Source: Octopus bimaculoides
Taxonomy: Eukaryota
DNA length: 64,000 nt
NCBI RefSeq assembly: GCF_001194135.2
Contig: NC_069002.1
Location: 36,458,074-36,522,073 of the forward strand
Direction of reading: 5' to 3'
Positions 38,401 through 51,539 of this stretch are shown here, in pieces. The position numbers and the translations under genes were made by a program. The notes under the pieces were generated by a model. It was given only the letters and a program-made list of their open reading frames with translations. It searched no databases and was not told where the DNA came from. Numbering within the stretch: the first letter of the stretch is position 1; each line of letters starts with the position of its first letter.

Positions 38401-38643
38401 TATGATGAGCTTCTTTCAGTTTCTACTGACAAGTAGAAAATGTGTGCTCAAAGTGCCATACAGTGGGACTAAACTCAGAACGATGCTGTTGGCAAGCAAG
38501 CGTCCTACCACACATCCACACCTGTGTCATGTAAATGGAATTTAATAATTGAAATATGATTGTGAGACAAGGATAGGTGATGTTCTACATTCTGATTGTG
38601 TTATTGCTTCTGTTTTTAATCTTCTTTCTTGGTTTGAACCCAG

Positions 38644-38718
38644 GCAACCCTCAACTATTGTGAATACAGTGAAGTTGTGAAGAGATGGGCTGACCATTTA
38701 TCTCAGCAGGGCCAAAAA
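38644..38718 (+). CDS. WDR11: WDR11 exon 28
   Basis: acccag|ATLNYCEYSEVVKRWADHLSQQGQK|gtaagg. Confidence 0.95.
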
Positions 38719-38739
38719 GTAAGGGACACTTTTTTGTTT

Positions 38740-38953
38740 TATCTTTTATCTTTTTATTTTTAACTTGTTTTAGTCATTAGACTATGGCCATGCTGGGGCA
38801 GCGCCTTGAAGAATTTTAGTTGACTGAATTGACCCCAGGACTTATTTTTTAAAAAGTACTAGTACTTATACTATCAGTCTCTTTTGCTGAACCACTAAGT
38901 TAAAGGGACGTAAACACACCAACCCTGGTTATCATGTGGTGGTCAGGGAACAG

Positions 38954-38986
<33 letters not shown>

Positions 38987-39142
38987 ATGGGCTTCTTTCA
39001 GTTTCCGTCTACCAAATCCACTCACAAGGCTTTGGTTGGCCTGTGGCTATAGTAGAAGACACTTGCCCAAGGTGTTACACAGTGGGACTGAACCTGGAAC
39101 AATGTGGTTGGGAAGCAAACTTCTTACCACACCTGAACCTGC
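38740..39142 (-). mobile_element. Bipartite SINE family A (tRNA-like head, CORE-like segment, internal microsatellite, tail)
   Basis: Head and tail separated by (CA)n. Related pieces at 4560-4775, 36415-36610, 40205-40500, 45770-45940, 53655-54135, 61290-61480, 62015-62235, 63235-63375 and 63797-64000. Confidence 0.82.
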
Positions 39143-39943
39143 AAACAAACTTTTTCAATAATTTTGTTTTTCATCGTCAATTTTACATTTGCTTTTTCCA
39201 TGCTAACATGGGTTGGACAAGTCTTGTTTTGGCAGTATTCTTCAAGCATCTGTCCTTCCAGTTGCCAACATTACATTATTCCACTGCTGACCATTTTTTT
39301 TATGTGGAATATGCATGAATTGTTTTCACCTCAGAAGGATGACAGGCAAGCAATTATCTAACAAAGGAATTGATAAAGTTCTTGCTTTTCTCTTATTCAG
39401 ATATGTAATGTGTTACAGAAAACAAACACAAAAAATATAAATACCTCTTAAACCCTTAGGGGATTACAGGAACCGATATGTAGGTAAATGTTTCACGGCA
39501 TTAAGTTGTTGAAAGTTAAATACACCGCCTGGATAGGACGTCAGTCTATCATATGTAACTCACTTGTGATATTGGCATCTATTATCCATAGCTAAATGAG
39601 GAGATGAGAAATATGATAGTTGTTGTTGATGTTTAATCGCAGGTCAATCCTAAGTGAGAAGATTTATGGTAATAGCAAAAGTTGTGACTTTTGAGTGATA
39701 TCTAGAACTATATTATCCTTTTTTTTTTCTTCTTCAGAAATTAAGATATAATTTTCTGGAAATTTATCTTCTATTTCTAGCACGTCAGGTTACCATTTGC
39801 TTGGATGATGTTGATTTGGTGGTGGAGGCTGAGGTGGTGATTTGATAGTGGTAGAGGTGATGTGGGGGTGGTAATATAGTGTTGGTGGTGTGAAGGCTAT
39901 TTTTCTCTATACCACTGATTTTCTTTTTTGTTTTATTTTTCAG

Positions 39944-40088
39944 AGCAGAGCAATCCTTGCTATGCTGTCGCTTGGCCAGTTCCTCCGTGTCTCTGAAATG
40001 TTGTATGGCATGAGATACTTTGACAGGGCAGCCAGGTTTATAGAGGCATGTATGGAATTTGGTGTCATTGAGAAATCAGAAGAGAATG
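39944..40088 (+). CDS. WDR11: WDR11 exon 29
   Basis: tttcag|SRAILAMLSLGQFLRVSEMLYGMRYFDRAARFIEACMEFGVIEKSEEN-G|gtatcctt. Confidence 0.96.
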
Positions 40089-40401
40089 GTATCCTTTATA
40101 ACAATCAGCTTCTTTGTTTCCTTATTATTTTCTCTTTTCTTCCTTTGTTTTACTTTTTTTTTCGTAATTCATTTTATATTAATGAAATTGTCTTTAAGCT
40201 ATACTTTTTTACTTGTTTCAGTCATTTGACTGTGGGTCATGCTGGAGCACCGCCTTTAGTCGAGCAAATCGACCCCAGGACTTATTCTTTGTAAGCCTAG
40301 TACTTATTCTATCGGTCTCTTTTGCTGAACCGCTAAGTTACGGGGACACAAACACATCAGCATCGGTTGTCAAGCGATGTTGGGGGAACAAACACAGACA
40401 T

Positions 40402-40451
<50 letters not shown>

Positions 40452-41085
40452 GACGGGCTTCTTTGAGTTTCCGTCTACCAATACACGCACAAGGCTTTGG
40501 TCTACCATTATTAAATGTGGACGTGAATATTCAGTGTGTTGTGTAACAGTCTGACCCTGCTGTTTAAATGAAAGTAGTCAGAAGTGTAAGATGATCGTGA
40601 GAACTTACTATGTAACATCTTTGTGCCAGAGACACTTAAGACACTTGTCAGTGACATATAAAAGACACTCATGTCACTGTTGTGTAAAAGACACCCAGTA
40701 CACTCTGTAGAGTGGTTAGGGTTAGGGATGGCATCCAGCCATAGAAACCAAGCGAAGACAAATGACTGGAGCCTGGTGCAACTCTCTGGCTTACCATCTC
40801 TGGTCAAACTGTCTATTCCATGCCTGCCAGAATGGACAATGGACATTTAATGATGAAGATGATTCAGCTGTCCAGTTTCTTTATTTATGATTGAAGGCTC
40901 TGGAAAAAGATATGGCTAACTTGTGCAATGTGTGATCTTTAAATTCACAATGATATTGCAATGTTATGCAGACTTTGGATGGTTCTGACACTAATTCATA
41001 ATTTTAAATTTCATTTCCATAAAGTTTCATAAAGATTTTTAAAAATGCTTTTGAAGTTAAATTTTTCTTTAACAAAATTTTTCAG
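40089..41085 (+). promoter_or_regulatory. WDR11: U12-type (minor spliceosome) GT-AG intron, WDR11 intron 29
   Basis: 5' site GTATCCTTT; branch-like TTTTCTTTAAC at 41063-41073, about 13 nt before the AG; phase 1. Confidence 0.8.
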
Positions 41086-41228
41086 CACCATTGATTGAAG
41101 CTATATTCCTTGCATTTAGCCGGTATCTTATAAACATCGGTATGAAACAAGCGGCTCTTTATTATGGTCAAATGGCTGGAGAAAAAGGAGAACTACTGCT
41201 GAAAGAAGTGAACATATTATTCAGTTAA
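41086..41228 (+). CDS. WDR11: WDR11 exon 30 (terminal coding exon)
   Basis: tttcag|(A)PLIEAIFLAFSRYLINIGMKQAALYYGQMAGEKGELLLKEVNILFS* (TAA 41226-41228). Confidence 0.94.
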
Positions 41229-43431
41229 AGGGTACAGTTGGGTAGGAACAATGCAAAGTAAGACTTGGCAGAAATTACAGAGATTCTTCTGGTCTTACTG
41301 AACGATGCAGGTCCCTGGAAAAGTAAAAGTTAAACCATCAGAGTTTCCATTGGATTTTTAGCCAAAAATATGCAAAACCATTTCTATTATATTTAGCTAT
41401 CAAAGTTTAATAGTAATTAAAATTTTATAAATAACCCTTACTTGTTTCCCTGACTCAAATGAATGAAAAAAAATAATAATTAAATAAATTTTTAGAGAAT
41501 GAAAGGAAAACAAGGGGTTAAGTAATCCCAAGATAAAAAAAAGATGTGGTTGAGGGACACAGAAAACATTCTAGACTTAAATGTTAATTTTTATTGTGCC
41601 GCTGGTTAATAAGTTTATTATAATTATAAAGTATTTTAGCATCATGCTCAAAATGCAATTTGTTCAGTTATATCTAAACCTGTGATCTTCTGTTATATAA
41701 TAAAATATTTTGTACAGTCATCTGTGAAATTTGTTTTTTTTGTTTTTGTTGTTTTTTTGCTTATCTATTTATTTATTTGCAGCCATTTGATTTACGAAAC
41801 TGTTTTCACATCTTTTCATCCTAGAAAGAGTTTAAAAGACTTTTCCTTTGGGCTTTGGCTAATCTAGCTCTTTCTTTCTTTCCTTCCTTTTTCTTTCTCA
41901 TTCTTTCTTTTTTTTCTTCCTCTCTTCCTGCTTTCCTTTTTAAGATGAGATGTTTTTCGAAGGAGTATATGGTTGCTGTTTAACAGAACAAGAGACTGTG
42001 TAGAGCTGCTATCATCAGCTCATTCTTAAACTTGTTTTCCCAAAAGCTTCACTCTTTTTTTATATTATGGTTTGTCAGGAAGAAGGGGCTGTGTCTATTA
42101 CCTTCAAAGGACCCCTGAAACCAGTGAAAAAGTTATAAGCATTAAATGAATTATGGATTAAAATACAAAGAAAGAAAATGCCTGTACATATGTTTATTAG
42201 CTGTGAGCCAAACATGTTTGTTGCTCCATAACTTTTCTTGACAACAGAATTGAAGTCTTTTTAAATGAATAACTTTATCTTGACAATCAGACTTCTCACT
42301 GTCACATTATTTTGCCATTATATACCCAGTTTTCTGGGTCTTTAAACCACTTTTGATAAAAACAAAATAGTTTTGGAAATTTATGAATTTTTTTTCAACC
42401 CCACCTCTGAGTACAACATATGTAGTTTCTATGTAGTTTCTACCAACAACTTTTCTGCATACCAAGCATGGCCATTTCCCTGATGGTTGGAGGGTCCTGT
42501 TTTCTTCCTACTTATTCAAACCTTAGTCTCTGCTGCTAAGTTCACTTTGAAGGTTCTTGATTATCCTGCGTACATCAACATGGCTGTGTGGTTAAAAAGC
42601 TCTATTTACAACCTTATAGTTTTAAGTTTAATTACATTGTGTTGGATTTTGACCTTCACTGTGGTTAACCAATGCTTTGTGAATGGAATTTGGTTGGCTG
42701 AAGATAAACAAAAGCTCTTCTACATAAAAAAAAACCTTAAATCACTGATAAAACAAAAGCACTGGTGCTTTTGTACATATATCTTGTGTTGCATTTGTTC
42801 TGCTCAAGTTGCACAGAGACTCTCTTATTACTGGCACCATCAGAAAAGCAGTAAGCCATTGATTGACTAATTGGAAACTTATAACCAATGATGGTGTTGT
42901 GCACAAAAATGTGGTATAAAATATGTTTTTAAAACAGAGGAACAATGAACAATGAACTTATATTCGTCTCAGATATCAAATATATGTCAGTACATAAGTG
43001 AGATATATCTCTGTCAACAATTGTTTGATTAGATGACACGCTGATTATGAAGATAATGCTGGGGGTTTTTTGTGTGTTTTTGCTGTTGTTGTTTAGCACC
43101 AGATAATCCCAAATTGAGCAAACTTATTGATCAAAGGTGTTACAGTGAATTCTCAGGGTAATTAGTGCCGTGGGAAGAAATATCCCGTGGCATTTGTGCC
43201 AGTTCACTGAGCTTTGAATTCAAATTCTAACAAGTTTAAAATTGCCTTTCATCCTTTAGAGATTCAGGGCAGTGGATTAGTGATGCTGCTAGAATCACCC
43301 AGAAGTATTTGTTGTGGCTCTTGTGTTCTGTGGTAGGTATGGAATACATCAGGACATCTTCTGTAAGAAAACTAGGGTCAGTGCTATTATATTTAATGTA
43401 ATGAGACAAGAAGTTTCAATTAATTAAAATT

Positions 43432-43819
43432 GTTGTTGTTGGCACTCTGTTGCTTCTGACGTCAAGGGTTCCAGCTGATCTGATCAACAGAACAGCCTGC
43501 TCATGAAATTAACGTGCAAGTGGCTGAGCACTCCACAGACACGTGTACCCTTAACGTAGTTCTTGGGGATATTCAGCGTGACACAGTGTGACAAGGCTGA
43601 CTCTTTGAATTACAGGTACAACAGAAAGAGGAAGTAAGAGTGAGAGAAAGTTGTGGTGAAAGAGTACAGCAGGGTTTGCCACCATCCCCTGCCGGAGCCT
43701 CGTAGAGCTTTTAGGTGTTTTCGCTCAATAAACACTCACAACGGCCGGTCTGGGAATCGAAACCGCGATCCTATGACCGTGAGTCCACTGCCCTAACCAC
43801 TGGGCTATTGCACCTCCAC
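43432..43819 (-). mobile_element. Full-length tRNA-derived SINE (family C) with 11-bp TSD
   Basis: A box TAGCCCAGTGG, B box GGTTTCGATTCC, (CAA)n tail; TAATTAAAATT at 43421-43431 and 43820-43830. Confidence 0.88.
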
Positions 43820-46800
43820 TAATTAAAATTACTCTCATAATTAAAAAAAAAGACTCATTAATTAAGTAATTAATTATAATCAAGCTACAAAGGGAGACCC
43901 TGAAATTTGATTGTAGGTTTACTTGAATGAGTTTGACCTCGAGCTAAAGAACAAAAGGCACATTGTTTAATATGGCCCAAGGGAAGCTATAACTTAAAAA
44001 GAAAAGAGAAAACAGTTAGAGATGGAAACCGTTTGATCATGTCTGCTGACTCAGGGTCGTTCCAGATTTTAACATGTATGCAAACATATTTCAATAAATT
44101 TTGAATATTATATAAAAAAAGTTAGAGTTGGGGGTATTAGAATAACTGAATATAATTAAGTTGCAGTTTGGGTTGTATCTAAAGAAACAAATTCTTTGAT
44201 AAAATTATGAAAGAATATTAAAATTTAAGAAATAAAACTGTTAAAGGATGATTTTGTATCATGTTACCTCATTAAGACTTGGACAAGCTGAACTGAAAAG
44301 AGTTAAGCAATAATGAACATGCAAATAAAATTTATATTATTATCAAAAGTATATTATGAGAAATAACCTGGTTATTTTATTGTTATTTGATTAAGAATAC
44401 TGTGAACAAAAGAGTAATTGAGTACAGGTTTGTCATAGTCCCATCACTAGTTCAATGAGTTTATGGTGTAAGGGTGACTTACCACTATAAATGGGGTGTC
44501 TAGGGTATGTCTGTACAACTCAGGTGGAACAAATATCAAAAGGTATTTTTGTTTGAAAGCATCTGAATATAGGTTCCCTTGTCGATGTTTACCTCTTTTG
44601 CACCTGTGAGTGTGGAGGGGAGGGATGTGAACAAGTGTGTATGATAGTTTTTCATATAAGAGTTTTCTCTCTCCTAGATGGTTTGTCAGCCAAGACTAAA
44701 GAGCAATTATCTGCCTGTTGAGTAAGTTATCTTGCCCCAGACACCAGACTGCCCAAATGATTAAGAAATGTGCTTTGTAACCACAAGGTCCTGCTTTGAT
44801 TGCACTGCATGATATCATGGCCAAGTCTCATCAGATGGTTTGTACCTGTAATTCAAAATTACAGCCTTGTTGTAAACCATGTCAAGTTGATTCAACGTTA
44901 ATGGTACATGTAGCAATGGAACCCTCAGCCACTTATGTGTTAATTCAGTGTTAGGTAGATTAGTCGTTAGAACAACTTAATCCTCATTGTAAAAACCACT
45001 AGAAATCCATTCACTTACTATTAATATTTTAATGTTTGTCTTGCCTGGTTTGTACCCATGGCTACATCTTTTCCAGTCTCACTCTCACCAATCATTAATC
45101 ATCATTTCTAGTCTTTGGAAGACTAAGCAGCATCAGATCAGTCTTTATTAATGCATCCCACATTTTGCACAATTTCCATTTACTTTCTGCATTTAGCACT
45201 AAAAAGGTGCAACTATCCATCCAACTAAATATATACACCTGATTTCTCTCATATCTAGTTTCTCTTTCAGTCCATTTGTTCATTTGATTATACATGTTAA
45301 CATTACATCTCCAGCAGAGCATGTCTGCTTCATTTCATTTCATTTAATCTTTGCACTACTTACTTTCATTATTTCATTTTATTGGCCACAACGGCCTTAC
45401 GTAGAAGAAAAAGAATAAAGAAAGAAGCTGCGGGCTGGACAAAGACATAATGGTATGTGTAATGAAAGTGATAATAATGAATAAGTGGGGGGAAACAGCA
45501 ACGCCCGCCGATTGCTTGATCCCCTACTTACTTTCATGCGACATTACTGTTCTCACACAAACATCCTTACCATTTTCTCTGAATGAATAAACCTTTGTTA
45601 GCAGCAAAAGTAATTTCTACTTGAACTTCTTTCCTTCAGTTCCCACTCTATTTTTTTTATTATTGTTTTCTGGGTCCTGGGCGGGTGTGGTCTAGCTTCT
45701 CCAATGTTCTTCCCTGCCAGTGTGATGGTGGCTGGTCTTCCTTGTTCAGATCTGGTGAGAAAGACGATCTCACATGTGGGCTCCTTTCAGTTTCTGTTTA
45801 TCAGATCCATTCACAAGGCTTTGCTCAGCCCAAGACTACAGCAGAAGACACTTGCCCAATGTGCCACACAATGGGACTGAACATGGAACCATGCGGTTGG
45901 GAAGCAAGTTTCTTACCACACAGCCATGCCTGTACCTATTCATACACACACACACACACACACGCAATGTCAGGATGTAGAAGCATTAGGCAAATATTTT
46001 GTAATATTACCTGACCAATGCCTGCCTGAATATTAAGACATTATATAAATAATATTGATGATGTTGATCAGGAGGTGGAGGAGGAGGTTAATAATGAATA
46101 AATAATGAATAAATAATGAAGACAACAGGGCATTACAGCAGCATCATTTTTATTTCAAGGAATTTTGTTGCATAGAAAATACTTTAAATTCTATAATATG
46201 TCACCATGGAAGGACCTGATACAATACAATGTGAACAATTATATTTTTACAATGAATTTGAAAAAAAAAATGAAATAATATCGACACTTATTAATTATAT
46301 CTTTGTCAGAGGAGGGAGGGAAGCAGCAATGACGTTTGTTGTGTCTCAATGGTGGGTAGGAAGAACAAGAAGATGTGACCGTGATTTATTCTTAGAATGG
46401 AGTCCTGCTTGCAACAGAGTGGACTGCTTCTATAAAGTGATGTTAAATGGGGCAGCCGATTAAGCTTTATCTTTCAAGCACAACAGAATGGACCCTATAA
46501 ATAGCATCTGAGTATGATCTGGTTGTGTTAAACCAGCTGACAGATTAAGTCTACAACCAAGTGCTAAAAACATCCAAAGACCAACTGGTAAGGTGAAACA
46601 GGACTATAAATTCAGACTAATGTCTTTTTTTATAAATTAATTACTATCTATATAAGATCGACCATATTAAAACATAAATTGTTTATCAAATAATCTTTTA
46701 AAGAAATCTTGTAAAAACATATCCATAGCGATAATTTTCATAGAAGCTGAAATAAATATTTGGCATTGAAACACTATGTTAATAATGGTATTCACATCAA

Positions 46801-47849
46801 ATGTTCTTGTTGTATTATGAGGACTTGTTCTCTCCAAACACTGTGACACATTAATGCTACAACAGACATTTCTTTCTTAATCAACCTTTTATTTGGTAGA
46901 TTACATTAAATATGTTACATTTATGAATTTGTGTTACAAAATTCCTGATGTGAAACTGTCTGTTGAAACAGATATTGTTATATTTCAGGATGGTCATTTT
47001 TTTTTTTCTTTTTGAGAGAATGAACTAAGTGGAGCAGGAAGATACACATGGATGGAAAGGGTTGCTGAAGAGGTCATAAATGTGTGCTGAAAGATTTCCA
47101 GACAATGGACATAAGATAAAATAAGAACAGTAATAAACAAGTGAAGAACAAATATACAGTGTGTGTGTTTATTTGGCCCCAAAAAAAAAGAAAAAAGAAA
47201 AAAGAAAAAAAAAGAAAATGACCATCCCCTGAAACATAACAAAATTAAATATGTTAACTACCATTTAATAACATTTTTGTTTCTTTTTAAGGGAAATTTT
47301 CAAATGATATTTTAAATGATGTAATCAATGAATATTTATCTCACTCAAGAGTTATACATTATCTTAGTCATTCTGAGGTCTGATAAATACATGTAAGACC
47401 ATTCCTTGCTGAAGCAGTCTAACAACATGTCCAGAGTTGTCACAGTACTTACCCAAAATACCTACCCCTGACTCACATTCAATTTTTAATCAATTGGAAT
47501 TTGGGATTTGTTTGTTTTGCTTTTGGCAAGAATTATCATGAGCATCAATTTTGTTTGTCTTTTTATTATGGGTGTAAACTTTAATTGATAAAAAAATTTT
47601 TATTTGGTTCATTACATTACATTTGGTAAGACTCCATTTAATCATTTAATTATGTTCATATGTGAGGGTATGAGGTAAATATAACAGAAATGGAGGTGAA
47701 ATATGTTTTCTTTATCAATGCATCTGTGTTGATATGGATGTCCAATTGAAACTGGTAGAAATTCACAAATCTGAAGTGAAGGAGGAAATTTGTTTTTGTG
47801 TGTATGTATACAAAATACACACACACACACATTCATAAATATATATATT

Positions 47850-48215
47850 ATTAAACATTCCTTTAGTTATATATTTGGACAAACATACCCATACTTAATA
47901 AATAATTCCTTCAGTTATATATTTAAACAAACAAGTCTCTATTTGGTCAAACATGCATTTAGTTATATACTTGAGTAAACATACCATTATCTTGTCAAAC
48001 ATACAATTAATTATATATATTTTAGACAAATACACCCTTATTTCATCAAACAGTTAAATATTTGGACAACAAACTTCTGTTTGATCAAACAGGTATTTTG
48101 TTATATATTCAAACAGGTATACTTCTACTTGGTTAAAGGTACATTTAGTTTTGTATTTGGATGAGCATCCATTTGGTCAAACATACATTTAATTTATATA
48201 TATATATATATTTGT
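47850..48215. repeat. Degenerate AT-rich minisatellite (~45-50-bp period)
   Basis: Recurrent aaacat...tttagttatatatttggac / tatttggtc blocks. Confidence 0.6.
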
Positions 48216-49092
48216 TCAAAAATACATTAATTTATGTAATAAATATTTTTACATTGGCACAAGGCTATGAATCTGTAAGGGTGGGATATAGACAATCGGT
48301 ACTTGTTTTATCACCCATGGAGGGATGAGAGGCAAAAGTCAAATATAAACACAATGGTTTTGGTAATATTTGGTTTGACATTCCCTACTTCATACAATTA
48401 ATCTGTATATGTTACTTTACTGGCTGTGTAATATTTAAAATATTACATGGCCAGTAAAGTAACATATACAGATTTTGATACCATCTTTACATTTTAGTTA
48501 GTCACTCAGAAAAATCATAAGATATTTGGATATTGCACAGCTTGTAGCAAACATCAGTGATGAAGCTATGAAAATCTTTTCTCCTGCTCATGTAATATTT
48601 GATCAAACATATATGTATTTGTATAATATTAGGATACTACACCACAGCTATTTGTTTTAGAGAATAAATATACACAGAGATGTTATCCACGAAAAAACAA
48701 TAGTTGAGTTAAAAACTACCGAGTGATGTATTCTCTGAAATATACTAATCTTTTTACATGTACTCATGCACCATAATATATATATCTAGTGATTCTCCCA
48801 TCACTACTTTGGTAAGTACATGAAGTCTCAGCTTCACTGAGGAGGGCTTATAAGATCAAACCATATCTGGAGTTGTCTCTCATATTTACTGTGAATAAAA
48901 TTAACATGGTATTATTCATTAAATAATGTTGTATTTTCTTCACAGCATAAATACTTTTAATTAGCTTTTTAATTCCCACTGCATTAAATATGTTAACATT
49001 AACTTAATCAGATATTAAACATCAGTTCTGGTTATATGAAAACATTCACTTATTCATGTATATTTAATCAAAAATATACCCATTATATATAT

Positions 49093-49137
<45 letters not shown>

Positions 49138-49871
49138 ATATATACATTTACATTGCAGGTATAAGATGCAGTGTTGATATTTTTAGATTTACATATTTGA
49201 TGAAAACTCATTTTATTTTTTTTTAATGAATTTGTTCTTATTTAAGTAATATATGACCCAATATACACTCGTTTATATTCCTTATAATTTATACAGTGTA
49301 TAATATTTTCAAATTCATCTTTGGTGAAAATTTGCTTTCTTCATAAAATTTGTTTAAATATGAATTTGTTCTTATTCATATAATATCCATAATAATATTT
49401 GGTTAAATATGTATTTGGTATTGCACAGCCCATAGAATGTTACAGTGCTGTTATGTATAAATATCTAATATGTGTGTGTGTGTGTGTGTGTGTGTGCTGA
49501 AGAGTGTAATGGGTTCTTTCTGCTTTCATTACTGTACAGTTTCTCCATTGTGGATCATTCAAAAAGTATGTGATGGTCTACTCTATTTTTAAAGATGGCT
49601 ATGTACACACATGAATAGGTCATCACATGTCATTTGAACCATCCACAATGGTTAAACTGCAGAGATATGGCAGCATAACTAACACATAATACTACTTAAC
49701 ATTACAGCATATATACATATATATATATATGCATAAATACATATACATACATACATACATATATATCTATATATATGTGTGTGTGTGTGTGAGTGTGTAC
49801 ATGTGTGTGTGTGTGTGTGTGTGCTGTCAAACACTGACATTCAAAGAACACCTGCCATAAAATCAGACATA

Positions 49872-50039
49872 TCAGTCCACCTGTTTCATTGAACTATCAA
49901 GTTCTTTCTCAAGTTGTCTCATAACACGTTGACACCTAAATAATAACAAGCCATCTGGTATTAACTGCTGTAGAATCTGAATGATACAGTCGGCTTTGTT
50001 TAGAATCTCTGACGGTTGGCTAAACACCAGCAGATATTC
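49872..50039 (-). CDS. AP5S1: AP-5 complex subunit sigma-1, exon 2 (55 aa + stop; absent from the ORF track)
   Basis: tttctttcag|EYLLVFSQPSEILNKADCIIQILQQLIPDGLLLFRCQRVMRQLEKELDSSMKQVD*; resembles human LLLRADRIEGILTRFLPHGQLLFLNDQFVQGLEKEF. Confidence 0.92.
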   Translation of the reverse strand, partial: EYLLVFSQPSEILNKADCIIQILQQLIPDGLLLFRCQRVMRQLEKELDSSMKQVD

Positions 50040-50065
50040 CTGAAAGAAACAAACACATGATTATC

Positions 50066-50109
<44 letters not shown>

Positions 50110-51539
50110 TAATATGAATTTTGATCAGATAAGTGAAGCAAAGAGGTTCAATATGGCATGGAATCAGACTGGTTACGGAAATTTAAAAGTAAAATAAATA
50201 AAAGATCAAAGCAAGGGAATATAGATTACTAATTGGAAAGTCTCTGGATGGTAGAGGGGGAGTATTGTATGAAAGATATTTTGGAGGGATTTCTTTGCCC
50301 AGAATTGTCAGTAAGCAATTATACTCTATAATATACTTTGTGATGTCAAAAGGGACCAATTAAAAATGTTGAGTGTCTATGTGAAAGGCCACTCAGCTTA
50401 TTTTCACAAGTTAGTCAAAAAAAGAAAAGCAGCACCTTGATTATTTTTGAGGCATAGTCATTATAGATGTATTGGTGATCTTTCGATATTTATATCGAAG
50501 TTTAGCCGGTGTATTATAGCTATGCTATTTAGCTGCCTTTAGTTTGGGGCTGTAAACACAATTAGCCCTACGTAGGAGCCAGCTGAAAAGTCTGCATGGA
50601 GTGCGGATTTTAAGCTAGTATAAAAGGATCTAAACACTTCATAAAACATTAATGAAAAGCGTTGCCCGTCAAATCAGAAAGATCCAAGTTTAGTTAATAG
50701 TGGAAATAGTACAGAATCTTTTGATACCCCATACGTGAAAATCGACAAGTCGGTTTTGGAATGCATAAGGAATAGTTGCACCCTGAAAAAACCCAAAATT
50801 GATCCACACCCCCTCGGGTGCCCGCGCGAAACAATCTCTACGGCTCACAGACAATGAACGGCTAAAACAAGTGAAACAGTGTGTTGTATATACCTGTTGT
50901 ATACGTCGGTCTTGTTTTTTCGCTTTGAAGGTAAGCGATTCTCATAGAAGTGAACACGATATTGAATAATTCTCCGTCATACGTCTACTAAAAACTTTAA
51001 CATACTTCCAAAATGGGACTTCGTCTATGTTTATCTACGTGCGTCTATGTGTAGATATGTGTGTGTGTGTGTGTGAACCATCCCAACAGCAACAATCATC
51101 AACATCTTCTTCATAATATTTGTACCCTTTAAAAAGAAGCAGCTGTTGCTATTTTTCCGAATTTATTTAACATTGTGTACACCCAGATTGGAATTTTTAC
51201 TGTTACCTTGCACCAGAGAACATTATAGATTATCTGAAGACAAAACATATTGCCAATGAAAAAACCGTCTGCTTGCACATATTCGATGAATTTTCAAAAT
51301 TCTAGTCGTTCTATTGAAAGGGTTTGTCAATAGAAAGTACGCTAAATGTAAAAGAAAAAACTCATTCCATTAGGAAAGGTAGATTTACAGAAAACTCTAA
51401 GCTGTCATATGTAATTTTTCATTTAGTGTTTGAATTTATTTTCGGATTGGCTCTGACGATATCTGCAAGAATGAATTGCAATGATATAAAAGCTGCCGTT
51501 CAGTGGTACCAGTTCTGTAAATATGTTTGTTCGGCAAAA

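Larger units (their letters stand above)
6060..41228 (+). other. WDR11: WDR11 gene model (30 coding exons, exon 15 hidden in gap; visible CDS 3788 nt, about 1300 aa expected)
   Basis: 29 GT-AG exons join in continuous phase except across the 21963-22556 gap. The translation is colinear with human WDR11 as I recall it, from VSPKVLTGVLHSQNRNASDWGWQG to MRYFDRAARFIEAC. Confidence 0.96.

Noticed and set aside
43740-43819. tRNA-like sequences (also 63797-63870 and family B heads)
   Set aside because: They continue into SINE bodies with many diverged copies, so they are SINE heads and not tRNA genes
46206-46463. 85-aa ORF between WDR11 and AP5S1
   Set aside because: No recognisable motif or exon chain; length within chance expectation
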